Origin: an uncultured virus (IMG/VR IMGVR_UViG_3300025015_000444)
Taxonomy: Duplodnaviria; Heunggongvirae; Uroviricota; Caudoviricetes
Direction: 5' to 3' (one strand)
Virus record (IMG/VR): IMGVR_UViG_3300025015_000444
Length of the DNA: 64,000 nt
A program made the position numbers and the translations under genes. Positions 1 through 9,540 of this stretch are shown here, piece after piece. Position 1 is the first letter of the stretch, and each line of letters opens with the position of its first letter. Below the pieces are notes generated by a model. That model was not told the origin of the DNA. It saw only the letters and a list, made by a program, of their open reading frames with translations, and did not search any database.

Positions 1-20
1 AGCCCTTCTCTAGTGGTGAG

Positions 21-686
21 GTGGTGGCAGTTCTCCGCAATCACGACGGAAGTCTCCGGTTCTCATCCACTCGCGTGGGTGAATACTGCCGTGACCTGTT
101 CTACTCCCAGCAGATGCCGCAGTACATGGATGATGGCATGGGCCAGCCGACTGACCCGGTTCAGGTGAGTCGCATCACGCAGGGCAAGTTCCCGACCCGT
201 ACCCCGGCAGGGGTCGAGGTGTTCGTGTACGGCCCGAATCAGTCGGCGTGTGATGCTCACGAGTTCGAGATTTTCATCCCGCAACCGGGTGAGTGTCAGG
301 CTGATGCCCCGACCGCAGTGGTCACCCCGCCCATGACCCCGACGGTCAAGGCCAAGCAGATCGCCATTCTCGGGGCCAAGGTTGCTGTCATGAACCTTCA
401 GGCGCACTGTCGTCCGGATGGCAGGTTGGAAATCCCCCGCAACGCTTTCGAGGCGTGTGTCCACCTGGGCGGGCAGCCCATGAAGGGTGGGGATCCCGTG
501 TTCGTCAAGGTCGAACCGGCTCAGGTCATCATCAGTCAGATCGACCCGGAGGATGGTAGCAAGAGCTACAGTCTCACCACGGAACGTGGTCGAGTGCTGA
601 TTCCCGGCAACGGGGTGCAGTTTGCCCCCGGCAAGACGTACCCCCTTCAGATCGGCAAGGGCACCATCACGATCCCCCTGGTGTAG
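21..686 (+). CDS. hypothetical protein (start may lie upstream of window)
   Basis: 221-aa ORF with strong GC3 codon bias, followed closely by a co-oriented ORF. Confidence 0.65.
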   Translation: MVAVLRNHDGSLRFSSTRVGEYCRDLFYSQQMPQYMDDGMGQPTDPVQVSRITQGKFPTRTPAGVEVFVYGPNQSACDAHEFEIFIPQPGECQADAPTAVVTPPMTPTVKAKQIAILGAKVAVMNLQAHCRPDGRLEIPRNAFEACVHLGGQPMKGGDPVFVKVEPAQVIISQIDPEDGSKSYSLTTERGRVLIPGNGVQFAPGKTYPLQIGKGTITIPLV

Positions 687-689
687 CCT

Positions 690-1085
690 GTGGCCGACCC
701 TGGCACACCTACGCCCGATGTTCCAACCCAACCACGGGTGAAGGAGGCTTTGCGAGCCTCCTTCCCCGGGGTTCCTATCGAGGAAACCCAACGAGTTGGG
801 GGCGTCGTTTATACCGTGACCCTCTGGCATTATCGAGTTTCGGTGTCCTTGACTTCCCGACCGACTGTCCCCATGGATCCCATGGGACATATCATGGTTC
901 AGTTCGAGTTCGCCCAGCCAGGGAAACCAGTTGAACTTCTGAGAACTACAGGGGCCGTTGGGATGGTGACCTATGAGAATGCCCTTGTCGAAATCCGAAG
1001 CCAGATTGCAGGAGTGGCTGCTACTCTCATTGTGGCTCTTGATCCACCCCCGGATCCACCCAAGACTCAGTTCTTTGGGGCTTAG
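690..1085 (+). CDS. hypothetical protein
   Basis: ORF packed behind the previous gene; its stop overlaps a GGCTTAG box. Confidence 0.55.
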   Translation: MADPGTPTPDVPTQPRVKEALRASFPGVPIEETQRVGGVVYTVTLWHYRVSVSLTSRPTVPMDPMGHIMVQFEFAQPGKPVELLRTTGAVGMVTYENALVEIRSQIAGVAATLIVALDPPPDPPKTQFFGA

Positions 1086-1106
1086 GGGGGCGGTAGAGTG
1101 AGTAGT
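1079..1106 (+). promoter_or_regulatory. phage promoter-like motif GGCTTAG-N14-GAGTAGT
   Basis: one of 11 copies with an invariant 14-nt spacer, upstream of RBS and ATG 1125. Confidence 0.6.
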
Positions 1107-1124
1107 CCGGGAAGGAGGGTTCAC

Positions 1125-1517
1125 ATGGCTGACAAACTGGTTGTGATTGAGGCTCAGTCATGTTCTGGGATGCCAGATCATGGCGTGTGTCTCGCGTGGC
1201 TACTCGATGAGGATGGAGACATCGGCTATGTGGTTGGCACGGATTCTCCGCAGCCCATTGCTGGCATAGATGACGCCGATGACGCTCTAACTTCATTCGC
1301 GGAAGAGGAAGCGAGACAGTTTCTGGCAGAACACCAGAACTGTGTTTATGTTTCGGACGTGGGTGCGATCATATTCGAGGTGACCAAGGACGCAAAGGCA
1401 GTTCTGGCGAAAGCGAAGGTGCGGTTGGCTTCGTGGAAGAGTAAGAAGCCTTGGCCGGAGTGGGCTATTCAAGCCAAAGCCGCTGGCTGGAAGATGCCGA
1501 AGACTTGGAAGCCCTGA
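1125..1517 (+). CDS. hypothetical protein
   Basis: GGAGG RBS before ATG 1125. Confidence 0.65.
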   Translation: MADKLVVIEAQSCSGMPDHGVCLAWLLDEDGDIGYVVGTDSPQPIAGIDDADDALTSFAEEEARQFLAEHQNCVYVSDVGAIIFEVTKDAKAVLAKAKVRLASWKSKKPWPEWAIQAKAAGWKMPKTWKP

Positions 1518-1564
1518 TTGGACGGACGGTCTGTAGGTAGCCTAACGGGAAAGGAGATCCCAAA

Positions 1565-2545
1565 GTGCCCACGAAAATGAGCCGATCAGACCTCTTGAAT
1601 GAAGCCCGCACCATCGCGGAAGAATATCGGGATGCAGGATATTCTCTTACCTTGCGACAGGCATACTACCAGTGCGTGGCTCGGGGTCTGATCCCCAACT
1701 CACAAGAGTCCTACAAGCGACTGGGGGACGTGTTGGGGGATGCCCGACTAAAGGGCGATTTCGAGATGGATCTGATCGTGGATCGTGGCCGTTCGGCAGG
1801 TGGAAGCAAGCATGTCGAGTGTAAGCTGGATGTTGATGAAGCCAGTTCCGAGGCAGGTGAGTATGTTCGATCAATTCCTCACTGGACAATCATGACGGAC
1901 AAGTGGTTTGGACAAAGCACCTATGTTAGCTGCTGGGTTGAGAAAGAGGCCCTCGCAGGTGTGTTTGAAACACCATGTGAAGATCTAGGCGTAGGGTTCT
2001 TTGCCTGCAAGGGCTACCCTAGTCACTCGGCCCTTTGGGAATGGATACTCAAGTTCCAAGCCGCTTACGAAGCCAGCACCAAGCCGATAACGGATGAACT
2101 TGGTAACTCCTATCAGCCCAACCGAATGCAGGAAGCCGTCATTCTTTATAGCGGAGATCACGATCCGGATGGGTGGCAAATCCCCAGGTCTGCTTTGGAA
2201 ACACTCAGGACACTTATAGATGTTCAGGGACTCACTTTGCCCCGTGTCCGGCTCGAAAGAATTGCCTTGAACATGGATCAGATCCGGCAATACAACCCCC
2301 CGCCGTTTCCCGCGAAGGAATCCTCTAGCCGTTATGCCTCCTATTGCCAGGAACACGGGATCACAGATGCTTGGGAACTGGATGCTCTTGATCCGCCTGT
2401 GTTGGAGGCTTTGATTCGCCAACACGTCCAAAGGTTCTGGTCTGACCACGATCAGCAAGAATGGTTGGACCGAGTGGCAATAAGCCGGAAACGACTCCAG
2501 GCAGAGATGCTCAAGCCTGCTTGGATCAAGACAGCCTTGAAATAG
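1565..2545 (+). CDS. Topoisomerase VI-A/Spo11-like (Mini-A/JetD-like) Toprim protein
   Basis: TLRQAYYQ winged-helix Tyr motif, WVEKEAL Toprim Glu, GDHDPDG DxD motif, WELDAL; AAGGAG RBS. Confidence 0.75.
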   Translation: MPTKMSRSDLLNEARTIAEEYRDAGYSLTLRQAYYQCVARGLIPNSQESYKRLGDVLGDARLKGDFEMDLIVDRGRSAGGSKHVECKLDVDEASSEAGEYVRSIPHWTIMTDKWFGQSTYVSCWVEKEALAGVFETPCEDLGVGFFACKGYPSHSALWEWILKFQAAYEASTKPITDELGNSYQPNRMQEAVILYSGDHDPDGWQIPRSALETLRTLIDVQGLTLPRVRLERIALNMDQIRQYNPPPFPAKESSSRYASYCQEHGITDAWELDALDPPVLEALIRQHVQRFWSDHDQQEWLDRVAISRKRLQAEMLKPAWIKTALK

Positions 2546-2586
2546 GCCCGGTTCGGGTAGTATAGGCTGAAAGGAAGGTGCTTGCC

Positions 2587-3006
2587 ATGAATCGAATCGA
2601 CATGAGAGTGACGGCTGTTACCCTGGATGTACTACACACGCTCAAGAAGAACCGTGAAACCCATGCCCAGATTGTGCAAGAAGCCCGTGAGGGCTACGTG
2701 ACAGCGGCCACAAAGGCTCTTCGAAAGCGACTCTCCCAGCTTCGTAAGGGGGAGATTGCTACTCTCCAGTTCGGGTTGCACCCCCCACAGGATTACACTT
2801 CCTCCTATGACACAGCCATTTCGATGCTTGGGTTGCACACCGGGACCACCCTTGAACTCTCGGCTCAGGACGTACAAACCCTGGTTCTGGACAACTGGGA
2901 TTGGTCGGATTCTTTCCTGGTCTGCAATTCGGCTTACTCCGGTACCGCAGAGGCCGTCTATAAAACCAAGCCAGGTTCGGCTCAGGGATCCGGTTGGGAA
3001 ACGTGA
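2587..3006 (+). CDS. hypothetical protein
   Basis: AAGGAAGG RBS and an upstream CGGGTAG box. Confidence 0.65.
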   Translation: MNRIDMRVTAVTLDVLHTLKKNRETHAQIVQEAREGYVTAATKALRKRLSQLRKGEIATLQFGLHPPQDYTSSYDTAISMLGLHTGTTLELSAQDVQTLVLDNWDWSDSFLVCNSAYSGTAEAVYKTKPGSAQGSGWET

Positions 3007-3377
3007 GACCCAAGAAAGCACCACCCCCAACCCGCTTGGAAGGCTTGGAAGACCGTCTCCAGCAAGCCTTCAGGGGAATCCTTGCTCCCCTGGTGGGGAA
3101 ACGTCTGATTCCGGATCTTCGAGAACAACTGGTTTCTGTTCTCCGAGATACGGTACAAGAACTGTTCTGGGATACCGATGCGGCAAAGGACAGGGTTCGG
3201 ATGCCAACCGGGGTCCAATGCGTGAAATGCTCTTCCAAGTCTGGACGGGTCAAGGTAGACTTGGCGGGTACCACGATCAGTATCGTGTGTGCCGACTGTG
3301 GCGGACAGAAATGGACCCAACCCGTGATGCAATACACCTGGAATATCTCTGAGAAGGAATCCCCGAAACATGGCTAA
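2994..3377 (+). CDS. hypothetical protein with C-terminal Zn ribbon
   Basis: CVKC and CADC pairs; overlapping operon arrangement. Confidence 0.55.
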   Translation: MGNVRPKKAPPPTRLEGLEDRLQQAFRGILAPLVGKRLIPDLREQLVSVLRDTVQELFWDTDAAKDRVRMPTGVQCVKCSSKSGRVKVDLAGTTISIVCADCGGQKWTQPVMQYTWNISEKESPKHG

Positions 3378-3624
3378 GAAACGGTCGCCCCTTCGAATAC
3401 GACACTCCCCCGCTGTTATCCGGGCCTTGCAGGACTTGACCCCGGAAGAGCGGCAAGAGGTAGCCGATCTTGTTACCCAGATAGCAGAAGACCCGGAAGG
3501 CATGGGCAAACCCCTTTTGTGTCCTACTTGCAAGTCCGGTCTGGTACAACACGGGGAGGGCGCTCGTTGTGACCAGGGCCACGTTTGGTCCTTCGAGGAA
3601 CTGGCTGCCTTGGATGAGGATTGA
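3370..3624 (+). CDS. small Zn-finger hypothetical protein
   Basis: CPTC and CDQGH; overlaps the previous stop. Confidence 0.55.
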   Translation: MAKKRSPLRIRHSPAVIRALQDLTPEERQEVADLVTQIAEDPEGMGKPLLCPTCKSGLVQHGEGARCDQGHVWSFEELAALDED

Positions 3625-3627
3625 ACC

Positions 3628-3876
3628 ATGATACAAATAGGACCAAGCCTCAACCTTTGGATCCAGTTTGATGATCGCCCCACGGATCCAGTTCACTGTC
3701 ACAAGTGCGATCCGCAAGGTCAACCCACCCGAGAAACCCTCTGTGGTCTGGAAGCACGAGGGCACTGGCGATTCGATCAAATAGGTGATCACCGCTGCAA
3801 GGTTTGCGAGCGGCTTTTCGAGAACTTTTTCAAGAAAGGATCAAGTAGTGGCTCCGATACCAGTCAGTCATCGTAA
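3628..3876 (+). CDS. small Cys-rich hypothetical protein
   Basis: HCHKC, TLCG, CKVC. Confidence 0.45.
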   Translation: MIQIGPSLNLWIQFDDRPTDPVHCHKCDPQGQPTRETLCGLEARGHWRFDQIGDHRCKVCERLFENFFKKGSSSGSDTSQSS

Positions 3877-4089
3877 GACCGTGTGCCTCGGGCATATTCC
3901 CGGTACTTTGAGTTCAAGTGCTAAGCATGGCCCCAGAGCGTGCCGTTTCCTGACCGCCCACCCTGAGTTGGTTTGGGCTTGTGCCAAATGTGACCCTGTA
4001 CAGGGTCCGGCTTACGAGGCCCGAGCCAAGTCGGGTAGAACCGTGGGGAAAGGGGACAACTGTGCTGGCTTGGTCCTGGAAGCAATCAC

Positions 4090-5301
4090 ATGAAGAGCAG
4101 CCCAAATCTAATCGAGAGGATTCTGTCTCATAGTGCCCATGTGGCGTTCCCCCGAGATTTGTTTGGGACGGATGCCCTCCAAGGTCTGATGGGCCTTTCG
4201 GCACTTGAGCGAGGGATGCCTTTTCACGTTCACTCTTTCTCTGGCCACCTGGACAAATCCGTGGGGGTCGCCTCAATAGAAACCCTGATCCGAGAACCTC
4301 TGCCGATGATACATCAAGTCTATCAGACCTATTTGAACCCAGACCCGGCATCGCTGGACGGCTCCTTGCCCGTTTCTATGCGGCAAATCCGGGCCAGAGA
4401 TGAAGAAGAGAAGCTGTTCCTGTGGCCTGCGGGCTATCTCTTGGTCACGCACAATCCTGGATCCGGTCGGTTGGAAATCGACATGGCTTCTTTCGAGCTA
4501 GTTGAAATCCAACAGGTTCGAGAACGGCTTGTCCCCCTGATACTTAATCAGAAGACCGCCCAGGTGAAGGTGGTGCTGGCCCAGGAAGACGGTCCAGGTT
4601 CGGTTTCCATTGGAGCTGGAGGGGTACCCCTCGTGAGGGAAAACTACACCCCCGCCGTGTTGGCTGCTTTCGACCACATTGTAGATGATCTGAAGTCTGC
4701 TTCTCCCTGTGGTCGTCTGAGCATTTTCACAGGACCGGCGGGTACCGGGAAAACCTATGCCCTAGAAGGTATCGTCCATGCGGTGCCCCATGCCCGGTAC
4801 CTGCTAATCCCTCCGACTCTCATTGCGGGATTGTTGGAACCTTCTCTGTTGTCCGTGCTCTTGAACTCACGGGATGAGGGCCTAGATGATGCCCCTACGA
4901 TTCTGATTATCGAGGATGGGGATGAATGTCTGGTTCCACGGGATGGAAATAATCTCCCGGCCATAGCCAGTCTCTTGAACCTCTCTGAGGGGCTGATCGG
5001 TCGGCGATTGGACATCCGGGTATTGGCTACATCGAATGCCGACCACACCAAGATCGATTCTGCTTTGAGTCGTCCAGGGCGTCTATGTCGTGAGGTGGAG
5101 TTCCTACCGCTGTTGCAGGAACAGGCTGAACAAGTCTTCCGACATCTGGTGACAAACCCTACCGCCATCCTTGACTGGGATGACATGGCTCGCCGGGATT
5201 CGGGCGACGTGGGCTTCTCGGCAGGAGGTTTGGCCCGGCGGGTCACTTTGGCAAAGATCTACCAACAGGCCCGAACTTGGAAATGGCCAGGAACATGTTG
5301 A
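4090..5301 (+). CDS. AAA+ ATPase
   Basis: Walker A GPAGTGKT, Walker B IIEDGDE, SRH-like SALSRPGRL. Confidence 0.85.
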   Translation: MKSSPNLIERILSHSAHVAFPRDLFGTDALQGLMGLSALERGMPFHVHSFSGHLDKSVGVASIETLIREPLPMIHQVYQTYLNPDPASLDGSLPVSMRQIRARDEEEKLFLWPAGYLLVTHNPGSGRLEIDMASFELVEIQQVRERLVPLILNQKTAQVKVVLAQEDGPGSVSIGAGGVPLVRENYTPAVLAAFDHIVDDLKSASPCGRLSIFTGPAGTGKTYALEGIVHAVPHARYLLIPPTLIAGLLEPSLLSVLLNSRDEGLDDAPTILIIEDGDECLVPRDGNNLPAIASLLNLSEGLIGRRLDIRVLATSNADHTKIDSALSRPGRLCREVEFLPLLQEQAEQVFRHLVTNPTAILDWDDMARRDSGDVGFSAGGLARRVTLAKIYQQARTWKWPGTC

Positions 5302-5328
5302 TCCGGTATACCCCCCAGGAGAACTGAG

Positions 5329-5498
5329 ATGGCAAAACCAGAACCCGTCGAAGTCTCTGTCGAGATCAAGGCCAAGACGGCATCCGCCTTCTTGGTATCC
5401 GATGGAACCGTGGATGTTTGGATCCCTTTCAGTCTCATTGACGAGGAGAGCACCCTTGACCAGGAAGCCCAGGTGGGGGAAACGGGAGATCTTCTTAT
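5329..5498 (+). pseudogene. small phage protein interrupted by the IS607-like mini-element (ORF runs on into the element to 5808)
   Basis: protein-like sequence stops at ETGDLLI, exactly at the element boundary CC 5499-5500. Confidence 0.55.
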
Positions 5499-5880
5499 CC
5501 GTTCTCCAAAAACTAATCCAAACAAGGACATTTGGCATTTGGTTCCTGCTTCACGGATGGTAGTTTCGTTTGGGACCGTAGGGCATTCCAAACCAGAGCT
5601 ACCATCTCCACAGGCTTTCTTTCCCGTCTCAAGGAAGGGAAAGGTTCCCGCCGAACTAGCGGTACCATTGACGATCCTAACGAAAGGATTCATCTCGTCA
5701 ACAGTTTTACCCCAGGAACTAATCCTGGGAACCCGTAACCATTGCTTGTTTTCACAGAACAGACATGAACCGAGCTTGGCTATCGCCCGGCTCAGTTTCA
5801 GAAGGTAAACCACAAGTGACCCCGAAGTCAAGAACAAGCCATTCGGCACCGAACAGTCCTTGTTTGGGATTGAAATCACC
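5499..5880 (-). mobile_element. non-autonomous IS607-like mini-element (left end, tnpB 3' remnant, omegaRNA-like right end)
   Basis: minus strand starts GGTGATTTCAATCCCAAACAAGGACT (matches 26673-26698 with one mismatch) and ends TTTTGGAGAACGG; contains GCCTGTGGAGA...GTGAAGCAGGAA and a TASSAG..ACG..SSG tail typical of tnpB 3' ends; GG at both boundaries. Confidence 0.75.
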
Positions 5881-5914
5881 TACTGTTGGCAGCCCCCAAG
5901 ACAAACTCTTGCCT

Positions 5915-6361
5915 ATGTCCCTGGAAGCCTCGGTGATGATCCGGTTGCTTCGATTGAGGCTGAGCCCGGTGAATCCCGTGGACCTGCTCAATGAATCAAT
6001 CCCCTGTACGTGGTGTCCGGAGAACGGGACTTGTTCTATGTGCAAGGGTACCGGCCAGACAACTCGTGCGGAGAATGCGGGCAGATTGATTGCCGAACGA
6101 GCGGACATCATGTTGTTCGGTGGGGGGAAAAAAGGACAGGCGGCCGAGGTGTTCAATGCCTTGGCCGAGATGGTCTCCTACATGGCCTTTCTCCCTGGTG
6201 GAATTACCACGTTCGGGATGCACTTCGAGGCCAAGTGGCCAGATTCGGGTAATATACCCGCAGCCGTTCTGCCCCCTGTTGAAAGCAAGGGGTTACCGGA
6301 TATCGTGGACTTTCTTTTGGACCCTAACCGAGGAACGGATGAACCCGTTCCAGAAAGGTAG
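5915..6361 (+). CDS. hypothetical protein with CxxC..CxxCxGxG Zn finger (start uncertain)
   Basis: CTWC and CSMCKGTG; 5' end abuts the mini-element. Confidence 0.6.
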   Translation: MSLEASVMIRLLRLRLSPVNPVDLLNESIPCTWCPENGTCSMCKGTGQTTRAENAGRLIAERADIMLFGGGKKGQAAEVFNALAEMVSYMAFLPGGITTFGMHFEAKWPDSGNIPAAVLPPVESKGLPDIVDFLLDPNRGTDEPVPER

Positions 6362-6368
6362 CTGACAC

Positions 6369-6602
6369 ATGCTGACCAAGGAAGAAACCCAGATCATCAA
6401 GGACGCAGCAGACCTCATCAAGAGGGAGATTCTGGCTGAACCCCTTACCGAGACCCCGGTCAAGTTGCCGGTTCACGGGTTTGGGGTGTTCAAGACGCAT
6501 ATGACCAAGGAACGCATTGGTCGGAACCCCAAGACAGGGGAACCCGTGACGATTCCGGCCAAGCGTGCGGTCAAGTTCTCTGCCTCCAAGACCTGGCTGT
6601 AA
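6369..6602 (+). CDS. HU/IHF-family DNA-binding protein
   Basis: GFGVF..ERIGRNPKTGEPVTIPAKRAVKF signature. Confidence 0.9.
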   Translation: MLTKEETQIIKDAADLIKREILAEPLTETPVKLPVHGFGVFKTHMTKERIGRNPKTGEPVTIPAKRAVKFSASKTWL

Positions 6603-6726
6603 ATCTCTCAGTCCTGAGTTGTCAGTCGAAGTCACTTGGCCCGTTTGTGGGGGCCTAGGGTATCGCACCTTTGTAGTTCCTGGGCCTGTCCCAGAAACAA
6701 ACCTGTGAACAATCTACCAGAGATCG

Positions 6727-6754
6727 GGCTTAGCTGGCAAGGCTTTCGCGTAGA
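6727..6754 (+). promoter_or_regulatory. phage promoter-like motif GGCTTAG-N14-GCGTAGA
   Basis: consensus match with no gene-sized ORF downstream on +. Confidence 0.65.
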
Positions 6755-6759
6755 CTTGG

Positions 6760-6935
6760 ATGAAGGGCGATGATGATGCCCTCAACAAGGACACTTAGGC
6801 GATGAAACGAATACGAGCCGAGCCGAACTAAACTCTGAAGCGGCCCGAGCCAAAGTGGCCGGGCGGATTTGATTGGCTCAATGTGTTGTGAAAAGGCAAG
6901 GCCCTCGGTCCCCTGAACAAGGATCGGGGGCTTTG
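6760..6935 (+). ncRNA. candidate small RNA or micro-ORF transcript
   Basis: bounded by the promoter motif and a terminator-like hairpin; internal hairpins; only micro-ORFs. Confidence 0.35.
6898..6934. terminator. terminator-like hairpin between convergent units
   Basis: AAGGCCCTCGGTCC / GGATCGGGGGCTTT inverted repeat. Confidence 0.5.
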
Positions 6936-6937
6936 TG

Positions 6938-7873
6938 CTATCTAGAGTCCAGATACCAGGTGACTGCTTTCCGAAGACCTTCCTCGAAAGGAACCGGTTG
7001 CGTGTAATCAAGGTCTTGCCTGGCCCGTGAAACATCTGCCAAGCTGTGCTGAATGTCTCCCGACCGTGGTGGTCCGAGTTTCGGAACGAGGGCTGTTCCC
7101 AGAATCCGATTGAGACTGGCCACAAGGTCAAGCAGGGTCGTGCGTTGACCACATGCGATGTTGTAGACGTTCCCCGGCGCTTTGGGGGCTACCATGGCCT
7201 TGAGGTTGGCCTGAACCACGTTCTCAACGAAACAGAAGTCCCTGGATTGGGTGCCGTCCCCGTGAATGAGCGGTGCTTCCCCTTGAGACATCTTGGTGAT
7301 GAACTTCGGAATGACGGCTGCATAATCACTGTCCGGGCGCTGTCTGGGACCAAACACGTTGAAATAGCGGAGAGCCACACACTCCAACCCATACACTCGT
7401 GTCCAGACCTGACAGAGATGCTCACCAAAGAGCTTGAACATGCCATAGGGGGAGATGGGGGCCGTAGGCATGTCCTCAACCTTGGGGAGCGTTTCGGTTT
7501 CTCCGTAGGCTGACGAGGAAGCCGCATAGACCACTCGTTTGACTTTGGCCTCACGAGCAGCTTCCAGTACCCTCATGGATCCAACCACATTGGCTTCAAA
7601 AGACGCTACGGGGTCTTGTACAGAGCGAGAAACAGACGGGAGGGCCGCTTGGTGCAGGACGTAGTCAACCCCCGCCATGGCCTCTCTCAGAGCCATTGGC
7701 TCCAGGATGCTTTCTCGATAGAAGGCTACTTGATCAACGATCCTGGCCAGGTTTTCCTCTCGCCCGGAAGAAAGGTTGTCAATGATACAAACCTCATCCC
7801 CCCGAGCTACCAAGGCATGGGCCAGACTACTCCCGATGAACCCCGCCCCACCCGTGATCAAGATTCTGTTCAT
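6938..7873 (-). CDS. NAD-dependent nucleotide-sugar epimerase/dehydratase (extended SDR)
   Basis: TGGAGFIG, ASSSAYG, YGMFK (YxxxK), LRYFNVFGPRQ. Confidence 0.92.
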   Translation of the reverse strand: MNRILITGGAGFIGSSLAHALVARGDEVCIIDNLSSGREENLARIVDQVAFYRESILEPMALREAMAGVDYVLHQAALPSVSRSVQDPVASFEANVVGSMRVLEAAREAKVKRVVYAASSSAYGETETLPKVEDMPTAPISPYGMFKLFGEHLCQVWTRVYGLECVALRYFNVFGPRQRPDSDYAAVIPKFITKMSQGEAPLIHGDGTQSRDFCFVENVVQANLKAMVAPKAPGNVYNIACGQRTTLLDLVASLNRILGTALVPKLGPPRSGDIQHSLADVSRARQDLDYTQPVPFEEGLRKAVTWYLDSR

Positions 7874-9540
7874 TGCTTTGCTCCATCTGAAAGGTGATAA
7901 GCCCGCCGCCAAGCAGCCTGCATCTGTTCCCTGAAATCTCTCCGGTCCCAGGCACCTCGTCCGTCAGTGGTCTGGGCAGCCCGCCATTTGTTCCAGGGGG
8001 TGACCAGGCCAACCTTAGTGGGACAGTTCACAATCTCCGGATGCACCCCTAGCCGAAGAGCCGCCTCTCGAAGAACTGCTTTGGACCAGAGTGTGTTGAT
8101 TTTGTGTTTGGTCGGAATCCGGGTTGCCAATTCGATGAGTCGGTAGTCAAAGAAAGGGGAACGGTTCTCTATCGAATGGGCAGCCATCATCCGGTCCGCC
8201 ATCCGAAGGAGACACTGCATGGTGGTGTGCCATTCGACACGGGCCATGTCGGCTACCAAATCCTTGCCAATGGCAAAACGCCGGATCAGGTATAGGGCGT
8301 GATCCAGACACTGATGGTTTGGACTCCGATCAAGCATGGTAGCCAGGATCTGTTCTCTTGAGCCGACAGTCACCAGACTAACGAGGGCCTGGTAGTTCTG
8401 AAGTTGAGGATCCCGATAGGCTTGGGAGAGCCACCATAGGATTCGGTATCGGGAGTACCCCGCGAAGAGTTCATCGGCCCCTTCCCCGGAGAGAACTACC
8501 TTGTGTCCTCGGGCTTTGATCTCTCGGGCCAGGAACCATTGACAGAGTGCGGTCCATGTGGCCGGAGTGTCCAGATGATAGGCAATCTGGTCAAAGTCAT
8601 GTTGAGCCATTTCCAGATTGAATGTGACGGGAACGATTTCAGCCTTCGGGGCGGCTAACCGAGCCATGGGAAGCCAGTCCATGCCGTCCTGTGGGAACGT
8701 GCAACAGAACACTTGGGGGAAGTGTGCAACTGCTTGCACAATGGCCGAATCAAGACCTCCAGACACCAAAGCAGTTGCCGAGACTTCGTTGCTGGTGCGG
8801 ATACGAATGGCATCCGTTAGGATGGCTTCCGTTTGGGCAACCGCTTGGTCCCACGTCATACCCTCGTCAGTTTCGCTGGGAAGAACCCACCATGTTTCCG
8901 GATGTGCTGTAACAAGATCCTTTGGCTTGGAGAGCAAGAGGAACTGTCCAGGTCCGAGCCGGTAGACCCCGCGGAAAGGGGTCCGGTCGAGACAGTCAAA
9001 CTCCAGGACATCCTGTTCGGGGCAGGGGGTTTCGATCAAAGGGACCGGCAGGGCTTTGATCTCAGAGGCAAAGCAGAAGCCATTGTCTTGGTGGGCATAG
9101 AAAAGGGGTTTCTCTCCGGCTCTATCTCGGGCCAGGAATACTTGGTTTGCTTGTAGGTCCACCAAGGCCAGGGCAAACATCCCATTGAGATGTTGCAGCA
9201 TTCCCGGTCCCCAACGTCGCCAGGCATGGGCGACCACCTCAGTGTCACAGTTGGTTTGCCAGGGGATCGCTGGGTCATGGAGGGCTGTGCGGAGTTCCCG
9301 CCAGTTATAGATCTCACCGTTGAAGGAAAGGGCAACTTGCACATGGGGGAAAACGCCGGGTACGGGCACTGGTCCTTCGACATCAACAATAGACAGCCGG
9401 GTAGCACCCAGGGCGACATGCCCCCAGGAAAGCGCCATGTGTTTGATGGCTCGGTCATCTGGTCCTCGGTGATGGAGACAGTAAGGGTTTAGGTCGGGCG
9501 CGGTCGGATCTGTGGTCACGGTTCCAAAAACCCCGCACAT
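7870..9540 (-). CDS. asnB: asparagine synthase-like glutamine amidotransferase
   Basis: N-terminal MCG, HRGPD, FNGEIYN, SGGLDS, SGEGADELFAGY. Confidence 0.9.
   Translation of the reverse strand: MCGVFGTVTTDPTAPDLNPYCLHHRGPDDRAIKHMALSWGHVALGATRLSIVDVEGPVPVPGVFPHVQVALSFNGEIYNWRELRTALHDPAIPWQTNCDTEVVAHAWRRWGPGMLQHLNGMFALALVDLQANQVFLARDRAGEKPLFYAHQDNGFCFASEIKALPVPLIETPCPEQDVLEFDCLDRTPFRGVYRLGPGQFLLLSKPKDLVTAHPETWWVLPSETDEGMTWDQAVAQTEAILTDAIRIRTSNEVSATALVSGGLDSAIVQAVAHFPQVFCCTFPQDGMDWLPMARLAAPKAEIVPVTFNLEMAQHDFDQIAYHLDTPATWTALCQWFLAREIKARGHKVVLSGEGADELFAGYSRYRILWWLSQAYRDPQLQNYQALVSLVTVGSREQILATMLDRSPNHQCLDHALYLIRRFAIGKDLVADMARVEWHTTMQCLLRMADRMMAAHSIENRSPFFDYRLIELATRIPTKHKINTLWSKAVLREAALRLGVHPEIVNCPTKVGLVTPWNKWRAAQTTDGRGAWDRRDFREQMQAAWRRAYHLSDGAKQ

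Noticed and set aside
63..1124. Long antisense ORFs (also 30633-31316, 33461-34135, 34656-35429, 38122-38946, 45593-46390)
   Set aside because: These are shadow ORFs opposite codon-biased genes, with no motifs or clear RBS.
5499..5880. Group I intron or IStron
   Set aside because: No recognisable catalytic core, and the element is antisense to the interrupted gene.
6770..6810. Hammerhead ribozyme or C/D-box (TIGR-like) unit
   Set aside because: The core lacks CUGANGA and correct stem junctions; there are no tandem units and no Nop-domain gene.
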